Shown: positions 27,821 through 37,095 of the stretch, one piece after another
Position numbering within the stretch: position 1 is the stretch's first letter
Layout of the letters: each line of letters opens with the position of its first letter
From: Dehalococcoidia bacterium
GTDB lineage: Bacteria; Chloroflexota; Dehalococcoidia; Bin125
DNA: 64,000 nucleotides
Assembly (NCBI GenBank): GCA_963663895.2
Contig: CAXXRD010000005.1
Span: 32,001-96,000 of the forward strand
Reading direction: 5' to 3'
Notes under the pieces: model-generated
What the model was told of the DNA's origin: nothing
What the model saw: only the letters and a program-made list of their open reading frames with translations
The model's database searches: none
Program-made: the position numbers and the translations under genes

Positions 27821-29593
27821 GTGAGCGGGGATAGTTCGGGTGCTGCCATCCGCTGGCTGACCCTGTTCCTACCCGCTCGGCGTTCGGCGCGCTGGCTCGG
27901 CGCGGTGGCCATGCTCGTGGGTCTGGCTGCCCACGCTTCTCTCGCTCCGCCCTCGATCACCGCCGACACGTACGAGGTCCAGCCTGGTGACAGCGCTTCG
28001 GCGATCGCCGAGCGTCTCGGAGTGCCGACTCACCTACTCCTCGCTCTGAATCCCCAGATCGAATCTCCCAACTTGCTGTTCGCGGGCCAGATCCTTACCG
28101 TCCCGGACGGATATGGGTTGCCCGAGGGATCCACTCTGCCCGCCGCTGCCCAACTGGTGCATACGGTGCAGGAGGGGGACACGCTCAGCCTGATCGCGGA
28201 TCGCTACGGCGTCTCGACGATCGATCTGCTGTTGCTCAACCCTGGGTTGGATCCGGACCTGATCGCCATCGATGCCCAGATCGTCGTGCTCTCCGAGGGC
28301 GGCGCCCCTGTGGTTTCAGGTCCGGCTCCGCCGCTCGCCGTCGATTCCGATCCGGCGGTCGTCTCCTACCGCGTACAGCCCGGCGATACCTACAGTGCGA
28401 TCGCGGCGCGGTTCGGCCTCAGCCAAGCAGAGCTGTTCGCGCTCAACCCCACCATGCCGCTTACCGACGTTCTCTTTGTGGGCGACTCGCTCTTGGTGCC
28501 TGCGGCCGCCGCACCGGAGCCTCCTGCAGGCGACCCGCTGCAGGCGCCGCGCACCATCTACGTCGTACAGCCCGGCGACACGGCGCTCGCGCTGGCGGAG
28601 CTGTACGGCGTGACCTTGGCGGAGCTGCGCATTCTCAATCCGGGCCTCAACCCCGATCTACTCAGCATCGGCCAAGCCCTCGTCCTTCCGGACACCGCAC
28701 CACACGCTGCTGTTGTCGGAGCGGACATGGGAACGCTCACGATTTACACAATCCAGGCGGGCGACACGCTGAGTGAGATCGCGGACCGCGGAGGGTTTTC
28801 CATCGACTCGCTGCTGGCGATCAATCCCGGCGTCAACCCGGACTTGATCACCCCCGGCGCCACGCTCTTCCTGCCCATCTCCCCGCCCCCTCCGATCAGC
28901 TATTCGACATTTGTCGTCGAGGCCAGTGATTTCCCCGAGTACGTCGCGGCGGATATCGGAATCCTGCCGGAGACACTCTTTGCGAACAATCCCGGACTCG
29001 ACCCGAGCGGGATCATCGTTGCCGGAACAGAGCTGACCGTTCCCGATGTCGAGGGCGTCATCGTCACGGTGCAGCCGGGGGACACGCTCGCTGCGATTGC
29101 GGCCATCCAGGGCTCTACGGTTGATGCGATCTTGGCGGATCCGCGCAATGTTGGGCTCAGCGCCACCGCATTGGTCGTCGGCCAGCAGATCGTCGTCCCG
29201 GTTGCGACGCCGTTTTTCGTTTGGCCGACGAACGGCGAGATCAGTGACTACTTCGGTATCTGCCGCTGGGAGTGCGCGAGCCGCCACAATGGCTTAGACA
29301 TCGCCACCACTGCGGGCTCTGATATCCGTGCGATCGCGGGGGGCATTGTCACATTCTCGGGCGGGTCGGTTTGTTGCGGACTCGGACTCTACGTGGAGAT
29401 CGATCACGGTAATGGCTGGGTCAGCCGCTATGCCCATCTCGCGTATCTTGGCACCGTCGTCGCGGGACAGTTCGTCGCCCAGGGCGAGGTGATTGGCGCG
29501 ATTGGTTGTACGGGTCTCTGCACCGGGCCCCACTTGCACCTGGAGATCGCGCACAACGGCTGGCTCCTGGACCCGTTGAACTACCTGTCCTGA
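27821..29593 (+). CDS. Multi-LysM (about 7) M23 peptidase; start uncertain
   Basis: Repeated xVQPGDT...LNP LysM units; HNGLD, RYAHL and TGPHLH motifs. Confidence 0.9.
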   Translation: MSGDSSGAAIRWLTLFLPARRSARWLGAVAMLVGLAAHASLAPPSITADTYEVQPGDSASAIAERLGVPTHLLLALNPQIESPNLLFAGQILTVPDGYGLPEGSTLPAAAQLVHTVQEGDTLSLIADRYGVSTIDLLLLNPGLDPDLIAIDAQIVVLSEGGAPVVSGPAPPLAVDSDPAVVSYRVQPGDTYSAIAARFGLSQAELFALNPTMPLTDVLFVGDSLLVPAAAAPEPPAGDPLQAPRTIYVVQPGDTALALAELYGVTLAELRILNPGLNPDLLSIGQALVLPDTAPHAAVVGADMGTLTIYTIQAGDTLSEIADRGGFSIDSLLAINPGVNPDLITPGATLFLPISPPPPISYSTFVVEASDFPEYVAADIGILPETLFANNPGLDPSGIIVAGTELTVPDVEGVIVTVQPGDTLAAIAAIQGSTVDAILADPRNVGLSATALVVGQQIVVPVATPFFVWPTNGEISDYFGICRWECASRHNGLDIATTAGSDIRAIAGGIVTFSGGSVCCGLGLYVEIDHGNGWVSRYAHLAYLGTVVAGQFVAQGEVIGAIGCTGLCTGPHLHLEIAHNGWLLDPLNYLS

Positions 29594-29602
29594 GAGACGG
29601 CG

Positions 29603-31324
29603 CTAGAAGCCTCGGTAGCGATTGGCGATCGGGAAACGGCGCTCCTTGCCGAAGGCCCGCGGGGTGATCTTGATCCCCGGCGCAGCCTGTCGCCGTTTGT
29701 ACTCCGCCGCCGTCACGAGTGACATCACCCGCCGGACCTCCTCCTCCGCGTGGCCGTCCGCCACGATCTCCTCCAAGCTCCGATCTTCCTCCACGAACGC
29801 TTCAATAATGGGGTCGAGCCGCGCGTATGGCAGCAGGCCCTCTTCATCGAGCTGTCCGGGTCGGAGTTCCGCGCTGGGGGGTTTCTCCAAAACCGAGCGG
29901 GGGATCAAGGCACGTCCCGCCTGCTCGTTCAGGTACCGGCTCAGCCGCTGCACCAACAGCTTGGGTACGTCTTGGAGTACCGCCAATCCGCCTGTCATAT
30001 CGCCGTACAGCGTGGTATATCCCGTTGCCGTTTCGCTCTTGTTGCTCGTGCTTAGGGGGAGCCAGCCGAACTTATTGCTCAGGGCCATCACCAACGTTCC
30101 GCGGATACGCGCCTGCAGGTTCTCCTCGGTAACGTCTGGCTCCGTGCCGTCGAATGACTTGTGCAGCGCGTCCAGCATGGCCTGGAAGGGTCCTTCTATG
30201 GGGATGGAGAGCAACCGGATTCCGAGGTTCTCCGCCAGCGCGCTGGCGTCTTGCACGCTGCCCTCCGACGAATACCGCGACGGCATTGACACGCCGACGA
30301 CGTTCTCCGCTCCCAGGGCGTCCACCGCGACTACGGCCGTGAGGCTCGAGTCGATGCCGCCGGATAGCGCGACCACCGCTTTCTCAAAGCCGGTCTTATG
30401 CAGGTAGTCGCGCGTGCCGAGGACGAGCGCCGCGTAGATCTCCGCCTCTTCGCGCGGGCGCTGCGATAACACGGGCGCAGGGAGCGGATCCCGAGGCGCG
30501 GTTGGGCTCGAAACTCGCACTGCGCGTGAGCCGGGCGCGCCGAGGCGCCGGAGACGCGGATCGTGGAGTCGTACCTGTAACACCGCGTCCGGGTCGAGGT
30601 CGACCGCCAGCATAGCTTCCTCAAACAGTGGTGCCGCCGCGATCAACTCGCCTTGCGCGTTGTAAATCATGCTGCCGCCGTCGAAGACGAGCGCATCCTG
30701 TCCACCGACGAGGTTGAGATAGCAGAGGGTCACCGCGTTGTCGGATGCGCGCGTCGCCAGCATCTGCTCGCGTTCGGCGCGCTTCCCGGCATGGAAAGGC
30801 GAGCCGTTGATGTTGACGATCACCTCGGCGCCGGCCAGCGCTTGTTCGCGCACCGGGCCCGACGAGTACCAGATGTCCTCGCAAATGCTCAAGCCGACCC
30901 GCGTCCCTGCGATCTCGAATACCGGCGCCTCTTCGCCTGCGCGGAAACAGCGGCTCTCGTCGAAGACGCCGTAGGTGGGAAGGAACTGTTTGTGGTAGAC
31001 GCCCTTCCGCTGGCCGTCGTGGAGGACGGCGGCGGCGTTGTAGGTATCGACGCCGAGGTCGATGAACCCGACGATGGCCGTGACGTGCCGTCCCGCCGTT
31101 GCCTCCTGCACGCGTTCGAGTGCTGCGAGGTTGTCGCGCACGAAGCGCCGCCGTAGCGCTAAGTCCTCGGGCGGGTAGCCCGTGATCGCGAGTTCCGGGA
31201 AGGCGACGAGATCCGCTCCCTGGGCTTCCGCAGCCGCGATCTGCGCCGTGATCGCGCGCACGTTGCCGTCGAAGTCCCCGACCGTGCAGTTAATCTGCGC
31301 TAGCGCGACTCGGAAACGACGCAT
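29603..31324 (-). CDS. nadE: Glutamine-dependent NAD+ synthetase
   Basis: Nitrilase domain (FPEL, ICEDIW) plus SGGIDS, ENLQARIRG and PPSAEL. Confidence 0.95.
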   Translation of the reverse strand: MRRFRVALAQINCTVGDFDGNVRAITAQIAAAEAQGADLVAFPELAITGYPPEDLALRRRFVRDNLAALERVQEATAGRHVTAIVGFIDLGVDTYNAAAVLHDGQRKGVYHKQFLPTYGVFDESRCFRAGEEAPVFEIAGTRVGLSICEDIWYSSGPVREQALAGAEVIVNINGSPFHAGKRAEREQMLATRASDNAVTLCYLNLVGGQDALVFDGGSMIYNAQGELIAAAPLFEEAMLAVDLDPDAVLQVRLHDPRLRRLGAPGSRAVRVSSPTAPRDPLPAPVLSQRPREEAEIYAALVLGTRDYLHKTGFEKAVVALSGGIDSSLTAVVAVDALGAENVVGVSMPSRYSSEGSVQDASALAENLGIRLLSIPIEGPFQAMLDALHKSFDGTEPDVTEENLQARIRGTLVMALSNKFGWLPLSTSNKSETATGYTTLYGDMTGGLAVLQDVPKLLVQRLSRYLNEQAGRALIPRSVLEKPPSAELRPGQLDEEGLLPYARLDPIIEAFVEEDRSLEEIVADGHAEEEVRRVMSLVTAAEYKRRQAAPGIKITPRAFGKERRFPIANRYRGF

Positions 31325-31358
31325 CGCACCTCACCGTTCCCGCTGGGACTCGCTGCGG

Positions 31359-31383
31359 AGTTAGTGTCATCCATACACTAACT
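31359..31383. promoter_or_regulatory. NrtR-like operator upstream of nadE
   Basis: AGTTAGTGT-CATCCAT-ACACTAACT has perfect 9-bp arms and a GT-N7-AC core. Confidence 0.7.
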
Positions 31384-31458
31384 GTCTTCAACTCTACGTG
31401 TGGGCCGGTGGGGCGGTCAATCAACGGGACCGATACACTCGACGCGTTTGATGGCTAG

Positions 31459-32445
31459 GTGAATGTGTTGCTGAGTACCGTGCAAGAAGCAAACGCCTTC
31501 CCGCAAGAGTCTGTGGTCGCTCTGGAGCGAGCCTGCTTCCGCTACGCAGGCGGTTACGGTGTCCGAGAGATCACCCTCGATCTCCCAACCGGCGCCATCC
31601 TTGGGTTACTCGGTCCGAACGGAGCTGGTAAAAGCACCATCCTGAGCCTCGCTGCTGGCTTTCGCGCGCCCCAGGAGGGTGCCGTACGCGTTCTGGGTGC
31701 TTCCCTCGCCGAGCAGGGCGGCGATCGCCTGCGCGCTCGTGTTGGTGTGCTGTTTCAGGACACGAGTCTCGACCCGCTGATGTCCGTCCGCGAGACGCTG
31801 TGGCTGCATGGGCGCCTCTTTGGCTTAGCCACTGGTGATCTTCACGCGCGCATCGATGAGCTGCTCGTTCTCATTGGGTTAAGCGACCGAAGCTCCGACG
31901 CCGTCGGGGCGCTCTCCGGCGGCATGCAGCGCCGGCTGGAGCTTGCGCGGGCGATCCTGCATTGGCCCGATCTCCTCTTGCTCGACGAGCCGACGCTGGC
32001 TTTGGATCCGGATTCCAAGGCGGCTCTCTGGCAGCTGCTGCAAAACGTCAACGCACAAGGGACGGCGCTTCTCGTCGCAACGAACGATGTCGGGGAGGCG
32101 GAGCGCTATTGCCATACGGTCGCTTTCCTGGACGCCGGCCGCCTGGTTCGGAGCGGTACTCCAGCCGAGCTCAAGCGCGGCCTGCGCCGTGATTCGGTTC
32201 GCGTGGAGTGGGCTGATCCTCCTGATGCGATCGAGGGCACCCTGTCGGCCTGGGAGGGCGTCGGCTCCGTGACCCGCGCCGGTCCGCACCTCCACGCCAC
32301 CGTCGACGATGCCTCCGTCTTTGTGCCGCGTCTGTTCGCGTTTGCTCAAGGCGGCATTCGCGCCGTCCAGATCCACGAGTCGACCTTGGAGGATGCCTAC
32401 TTCCAGGCCGTCCGCCACCCCTTCGCTCCCAACGGCCGTGAGTAG
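31459..32445 (+). CDS. ABC exporter ATP-binding protein (DrrA-like)
   Basis: GPNGAGKST, LSGGMQRR and LLLDEPT; the H-loop reads ATND. Confidence 0.88.
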   Translation: MNVLLSTVQEANAFPQESVVALERACFRYAGGYGVREITLDLPTGAILGLLGPNGAGKSTILSLAAGFRAPQEGAVRVLGASLAEQGGDRLRARVGVLFQDTSLDPLMSVRETLWLHGRLFGLATGDLHARIDELLVLIGLSDRSSDAVGALSGGMQRRLELARAILHWPDLLLLDEPTLALDPDSKAALWQLLQNVNAQGTALLVATNDVGEAERYCHTVAFLDAGRLVRSGTPAELKRGLRRDSVRVEWADPPDAIEGTLSAWEGVGSVTRAGPHLHATVDDASVFVPRLFAFAQGGIRAVQIHESTLEDAYFQAVRHPFAPNGRE

Positions 32446-32499
32446 CTCTGCGGCCTACGGCGGCGGTGCGCCTACCGTCCTGACCGTTACCCTCGCCTT

Positions 32500-33366
32500 G
32501 TGATGACGATGCGCACGATCTCGGCCACTGCTGCCACGGCGGAGCGTTCGCCTGTCCGGAGACGCTCAGGGCCGCTGGCTGGCGCCGTCATCGCTTGCTG
32601 GGCGCTGCTCTGTCGCGATCTGCGCGTCGTCCTGCGATCTCGCTCCCAGCTCTACTCTTCGCTGCTGCTTCCCTTGATGTTGCTCGCTGTTTTGGGGATC
32701 GGCATCTCCGATGGGTTGGAGCCTTCCTCCTCCGTCATTCGCGATGGCGACTACGTCTCGTACCTTGCTGCGGGCATGATCGCGCTCACTGCCCTTTTCT
32801 CATCCACGTTCTCCAGCGCGTCGTTCTACCGTGACCGCGATAGCGGTATGTTGCGCACGGTCCTTGCCTCCCCCCACAGTCCTCGCACGATCTTCTTGGG
32901 GAAGGCGCTCGCCGCCATCGTTATCGGCTCGGTGCAGGCACTCGTCCTCCTCGCGGTCGCCGTCGTGATCCCGGGGATCGATCTCGACTGGCAGTACGGC
33001 TGGCTGGGGGGCTTGGGCATGGCCGTCGCCGCCGTACTGCTGCTGAACTTGCTGCTCTCCGGTTTCGCCCTCGTCGTCGCTACCCGCATCCGGACGATGC
33101 AGGGCTTCCATCTGGTCATGAACTTGGTGCTCTTTCCGCTCTTCTTTCTCTCCGGTGCCTTCTTTCCTCTCGGCGACCTTCCTGGGTGGCTCTATGTCAT
33201 TGGGCTCGCCAATCCGCTCAGCTACGCGGTGGACGCGCTCCAAGTGGCTGCCTATGCGGCCGACACGCGTGGCTTTATCGGCCCGGCTATCGACTTTGCG
33301 GTGCTCGGTGGTCTGGCCGCGGTCCTCTTTACTCTGGGACTCAAGCGCTCGCCGCAGGTTGTCTGA
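32500..33366 (+). CDS. ABC-2 type permease
   Basis: Six TM helices; FFLSGAFFP and NPLSYAVD motifs. Confidence 0.9.
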   Translation: MMTMRTISATAATAERSPVRRRSGPLAGAVIACWALLCRDLRVVLRSRSQLYSSLLLPLMLLAVLGIGISDGLEPSSSVIRDGDYVSYLAAGMIALTALFSSTFSSASFYRDRDSGMLRTVLASPHSPRTIFLGKALAAIVIGSVQALVLLAVAVVIPGIDLDWQYGWLGGLGMAVAAVLLLNLLLSGFALVVATRIRTMQGFHLVMNLVLFPLFFLSGAFFPLGDLPGWLYVIGLANPLSYAVDALQVAAYAADTRGFIGPAIDFAVLGGLAAVLFTLGLKRSPQVV

Positions 33367-33447
33367 CCAAGCGGATCACCATCAAGAGCGGGGCGCACGC
33401 GACTTCTACGCGGTCAAGAATGGTTGGACGGCGTTCCCTGGGAGCCG

Positions 33448-34389
33448 CTAGAGGACAGCGTCCAGTCCGGCCACGATGAACAGCACCGGAAGGTACGCGA
33501 TCGAGGTGAAGAACACCGACATCGGCTGGACCCGCCCTCGCCACAAGAACCCCGCCATCCCTACGAAGCCCGCCCCAAGCGCCAGCGCCACCCCGAGGTA
33601 GAGCCAGCCCGCTCCGCTCAAGGGAAAAAGGAGAACCGACGCCGCCGTTAGTAGCAGGGCGTAGAGAAGAATCTGTCGTTTGGTCGTGGCCTCACCGCTG
33701 ATCACCGGCAACATCGGCACTTGCGCGCGCGCGTAGTCGTCCTTATAGCGCAGCGCTAAGGCCCAGAAATGCGGCGGCGTCCAGAGGAAGATGATCAAGA
33801 AGAGGAGCAGCGGCGTAAGATCCAGGTCGTTCCGCACTGCCGCCCAGCCCACCAGCGGCGGTATCGACCCGGCGGCGCCGCCGATGACGATGTTCTGCGG
33901 CGTCCAGCGCTTCAGCCAGATCGTGTAGACGAGCACGTAGAACGCTACGGCCCCGAGAGCCAATCCCGCGCTCAGGAGGTTGACCGTGAGTGCCAGTTGC
34001 ACGCCGCCCACCGCGGCCAATGTGCTGCCGAAGAGCAGCGCGTGCCTGGGCGTCACCCGTCCCTGCGGGATTGGGCGGTTGCGGGTGCGGTGCATCAGCG
34101 CGTCGATATCGCGGTCGAACCACTGGTTGAGCGCGTTGGCTCCACCGGACGTCAGCACGCCGCCGAAGAGCACGAGCGTGACGAGATCGAGCCCCGGCCA
34201 GCCCTGCTCCGCCATGACCATCGCGGGCACCGTGGTGACTAGCAGCAGCCAGATGATCCCCGGCTTGGCGAGCGTCGCGTAGGCACGCGCTGTGAGCCAC
34301 GCTTCGCGCGGCCAGGAGCGATTTTCGAGTAGGAAGGCCGTTGCGCGGGTTGCCGTTGGGGATGAACGCAACACTGGCTCGCTAGTCAC
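33448..34389 (-). CDS. cyoE: Protoheme IX farnesyltransferase (heme O synthase)
   Basis: DRDIDALMHRTRNRP, QNIVIGG and WTPPHFWALA motifs. Confidence 0.95.
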   Translation of the reverse strand: MTSEPVLRSSPTATRATAFLLENRSWPREAWLTARAYATLAKPGIIWLLLVTTVPAMVMAEQGWPGLDLVTLVLFGGVLTSGGANALNQWFDRDIDALMHRTRNRPIPQGRVTPRHALLFGSTLAAVGGVQLALTVNLLSAGLALGAVAFYVLVYTIWLKRWTPQNIVIGGAAGSIPPLVGWAAVRNDLDLTPLLLFLIIFLWTPPHFWALALRYKDDYARAQVPMLPVISGEATTKRQILLYALLLTAASVLLFPLSGAGWLYLGVALALGAGFVGMAGFLWRGRVQPMSVFFTSIAYLPVLFIVAGLDAVL

Positions 34390-35371
34390 CCGAGTGGCTT
34401 CCTTCCGCTTTGACGCGTGATCCGGCGCGGAGCGTGGGAAACGGCCGCTCCGAGCGGACATCCGGGATCCACCCGGCCCGGTACGCCCCAAGTGCTGTGA
34501 GCATGATCACGACGATCCAGAGCCACGAGGCGAGGACGACGTGCGCGACGCGCCAGCCCTCGGCCAGTGTGGTCCAGATGTTCGCGGCTCCCACCATAAT
34601 CTGCGCGATGTAGAGTGCCGCCGCCAGCAGCGACAGACTGAGGAGCAGCGTACCTTGCTGTCGGCGTCCGGCCCAGGCTGAGATGACGAGCGCCACTACG
34701 AGCAGCGCCACGAAGGCGGCGAGGTAGCGGTGCGCGACCTGGATGCTGGCCGCCCGGCCGCCTGGCAGCAGCGAGTCGTTGCAGAGCGGCCACCCCGAGC
34801 AGGCGAAGCCGGCGTCGGTGCCGGAAACGTAGGCGCCCAGCAGGATCACGGACAGGATCCCCCCGGCGGTTGCCAGGGCCAGCCGGGTCGTGCGAGTCGT
34901 GTGCCTGGAGTTCGGCGGCCGGGGGTTGTCCCTTGCCCGTGCGAAGCTGGCGAGCAGGCCGAGCGTCAGCAGCATCGCGATTAGCAAGGCCACCCCCAAG
35001 TGCGCCGTCACGATCTGCGCCGGCAGGTCTTCGGTCACGGTGAGCCCCCCGAGCACCACTTGGATCCCCAGCGCGACCAGCGCGGCGATGATGGGCCACA
35101 GTACCCAGGGCCGTGCGCGGTATCGCACCCAGGTCGTGACGACGAAGGCGAGGATGATCAGGCCGACGACGCTCGCTACCAGCCGGTGGGTCCATTCGAT
35201 CCAGACGTGGTAGTCGCCCGCGGGAATGACGCGTCCATGACAGAGGGGCCAGTCCGGGCACGCGAGCCCGGAATCGGTGACGCGCACCGTCGCGCCGAGC
35301 GCGATCAGCGCCAACACGCCGAGAAGGGTTGCGATCCCCAGTCGCTGGTAGCCGCTGATGTGTTTCCTCAT
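34382..35371 (-). CDS. ctaA: Heme A synthase (CtaA/COX15)
   Basis: SGLACPDWPLC, EWTHR, ACSGWPLC and AHR motifs. Confidence 0.92.
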   Translation of the reverse strand: MRKHISGYQRLGIATLLGVLALIALGATVRVTDSGLACPDWPLCHGRVIPAGDYHVWIEWTHRLVASVVGLIILAFVVTTWVRYRARPWVLWPIIAALVALGIQVVLGGLTVTEDLPAQIVTAHLGVALLIAMLLTLGLLASFARARDNPRPPNSRHTTRTTRLALATAGGILSVILLGAYVSGTDAGFACSGWPLCNDSLLPGGRAASIQVAHRYLAAFVALLVVALVISAWAGRRQQGTLLLSLSLLAAALYIAQIMVGAANIWTTLAEGWRVAHVVLASWLWIVVIMLTALGAYRAGWIPDVRSERPFPTLRAGSRVKAEGSHSGD

Positions 35372-35431
35372 ACTCCAATTCCCCGCGCCGATTTAGGGTC
35401 GCGCCCTCTCCGCCGGCCGGTCAAGCTGGGA

Positions 35432-36409
35432 TCACGGCGCCCGGCGCTCCGCGAGTTCGCGGAGCATGTCCCCGCGGCGCCCATTGAAGTGCTCGCGCTC
35501 TGCCCAGTAATACACCGTCACCAGGATGCCGAAGAAGAACATCATCGCTCCGGGAACCCACATCACGCCGGCGCCGATACGTTGATCGATCAGGGCGCTC
35601 GGTCCCCAGTCCCGCGTGAGGTCCACGTATCGGTCGTAGATGGGCTCGTCGATGCTCGTGAGGATGAGCGCGAGAGCGATGTTTTGCAGAAGCGCTGCGA
35701 TCAGCAGCGCGATGCGGCCGACATGGGCGGGCCGCAGCCGTGTCGCGTCCACCGCGACCACGAGCCACCAGAAGAGGATCGCGCCGCCGAGGAAACTGCC
35801 GTGCTCGAATGCGTGCAAGGCGGCATTGTCGATCGCTGCTTCATAGGCCACAGGAAGATGCCAGACCCACATCGACGCGACGAACAGCAAGAGGGCGACG
35901 GGGGGGTACGTGATCACGCGGGCGAAGCGGCTTTCGATGAGCGGGATCAGGTATTCGCGCCGCACGTGGTTGGACGAGGCCCGTAGCGCCAGCGTGACGG
36001 GGGCGCCCAGCAGGAGTAGCGGCGCCACGAGCATCACCATGATCATGTGTTGCACCATGTGCACCCAGAAGAGGTCGTCGCCGTAGCTGTCGATCGGCGA
36101 GACGAGCGCCAGCAGTAACAGCAGTGCCCCCGCTCCGAACGCCGCGAGGTGCCAGCGGGGGAAGTGGAAACGTCGAGGATCCCGCCGCAGCCGCCAGTAG
36201 GCCCAGGCGTACAGTCCGACGAGGAGGGCCACGATGCTGAACCCGAACGGCTCCAGCGACCACTCTCCAAGCGCATCCGGGAACCGTCCAGATACGTCGG
36301 CTCCGCTGTGGGCGGCTGCCGTGCCCGTCGTTGCCAGCCAGCCAGCGCCGCCCAGCAGCCCCGCGACTGCCGCTAACCCCGGCCGCCTCAGTCGGTTGAC
36401 GTCACACAC
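35432..36409 (-). CDS. Cytochrome c oxidase caa3 assembly factor (CtaG-like)
   Basis: HMVQHM, WHLP..Y, HAFEH and DQRIGAGVMW motifs. Confidence 0.88.
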   Translation of the reverse strand: MCDVNRLRRPGLAAVAGLLGGAGWLATTGTAAAHSGADVSGRFPDALGEWSLEPFGFSIVALLVGLYAWAYWRLRRDPRRFHFPRWHLAAFGAGALLLLLALVSPIDSYGDDLFWVHMVQHMIMVMLVAPLLLLGAPVTLALRASSNHVRREYLIPLIESRFARVITYPPVALLLFVASMWVWHLPVAYEAAIDNAALHAFEHGSFLGGAILFWWLVVAVDATRLRPAHVGRIALLIAALLQNIALALILTSIDEPIYDRYVDLTRDWGPSALIDQRIGAGVMWVPGAMMFFFGILVTVYYWAEREHFNGRRGDMLRELAERRAP

Positions 36410-36475
36410 GGCTCGATCCTAGCGGCGCCAGCGAGCCATCCGGCGCCGTTACCACGCGCAGGCCGTGCAGATGTC

Positions 36476-37087
36476 TTATGCCAAGAAAATCAGGGAGAAA
36501 ACCAAGATCCAGACGACATCCACGAAATGCCAGTACATCGACGCCGCCTCTACGGCCGTGTTGCGTTCTGCGTCGAAGTGGCCCAGGTAGGTCCGCAACC
36601 AGAGCGTGAAAATGAAGATCAACCCACCGATCACGTGCGCTCCGTGGAACCCGGTAAGGATGTAGAAGGTTGCGCCGTAGGGTCCGTCGCCGATTCCGAA
36701 GTCGAGCATTGCCCACTCCACCCCGGTGTTGATGATGAAGGCGATCCCCAGGAACAACGTCAGGAACAGCCCCCAGCGGAGCTGCCTGCGCTTGCCTTGG
36801 CGGATCGCCATCGCGGCCCACTGCATGGGGATGCTGCTCAGTACGAGCAGGATGGTGAAGAACACGGGCCGGAAGTCCGCTCCCAACACGTGGCCGCCGT
36901 TGGTCGGTGCCCAGACCACCGCGTCTTCCCGCAGCGCTAGGTAGGCGGCGATCAGCCCGGAGAAGAACATGAGCTCCGAGAAGATGAAGAAGACCATGCC
37001 CCAAAGTCCGACGGTCATGGGTTCGTCCCCAACGAAGATTCGCCGGAGGAAGGGGGTCTGCGGCAGCGGCCGCGCCTGAGTCGCCAT
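36476..37087 (-). CDS. ctaE: Cytochrome c oxidase subunit III (short form)
   Basis: SELMFF, LTGFHGAHV and YWHFVDVVW motifs. Confidence 0.93.
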   Translation of the reverse strand: MATQARPLPQTPFLRRIFVGDEPMTVGLWGMVFFIFSELMFFSGLIAAYLALREDAVVWAPTNGGHVLGADFRPVFFTILLVLSSIPMQWAAMAIRQGKRRQLRWGLFLTLFLGIAFIINTGVEWAMLDFGIGDGPYGATFYILTGFHGAHVIGGLIFIFTLWLRTYLGHFDAERNTAVEAASMYWHFVDVVWILVFSLIFLA

Positions 37088-37095
37088 AGCCGTCC

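Noticed and set aside
27960-29200. Periodic DNA repeats that might suggest a CRISPR array or repeat element
   Set aside because: They are degenerate LysM domain repeats inside a CDS, with no identical repeat-spacer structure.
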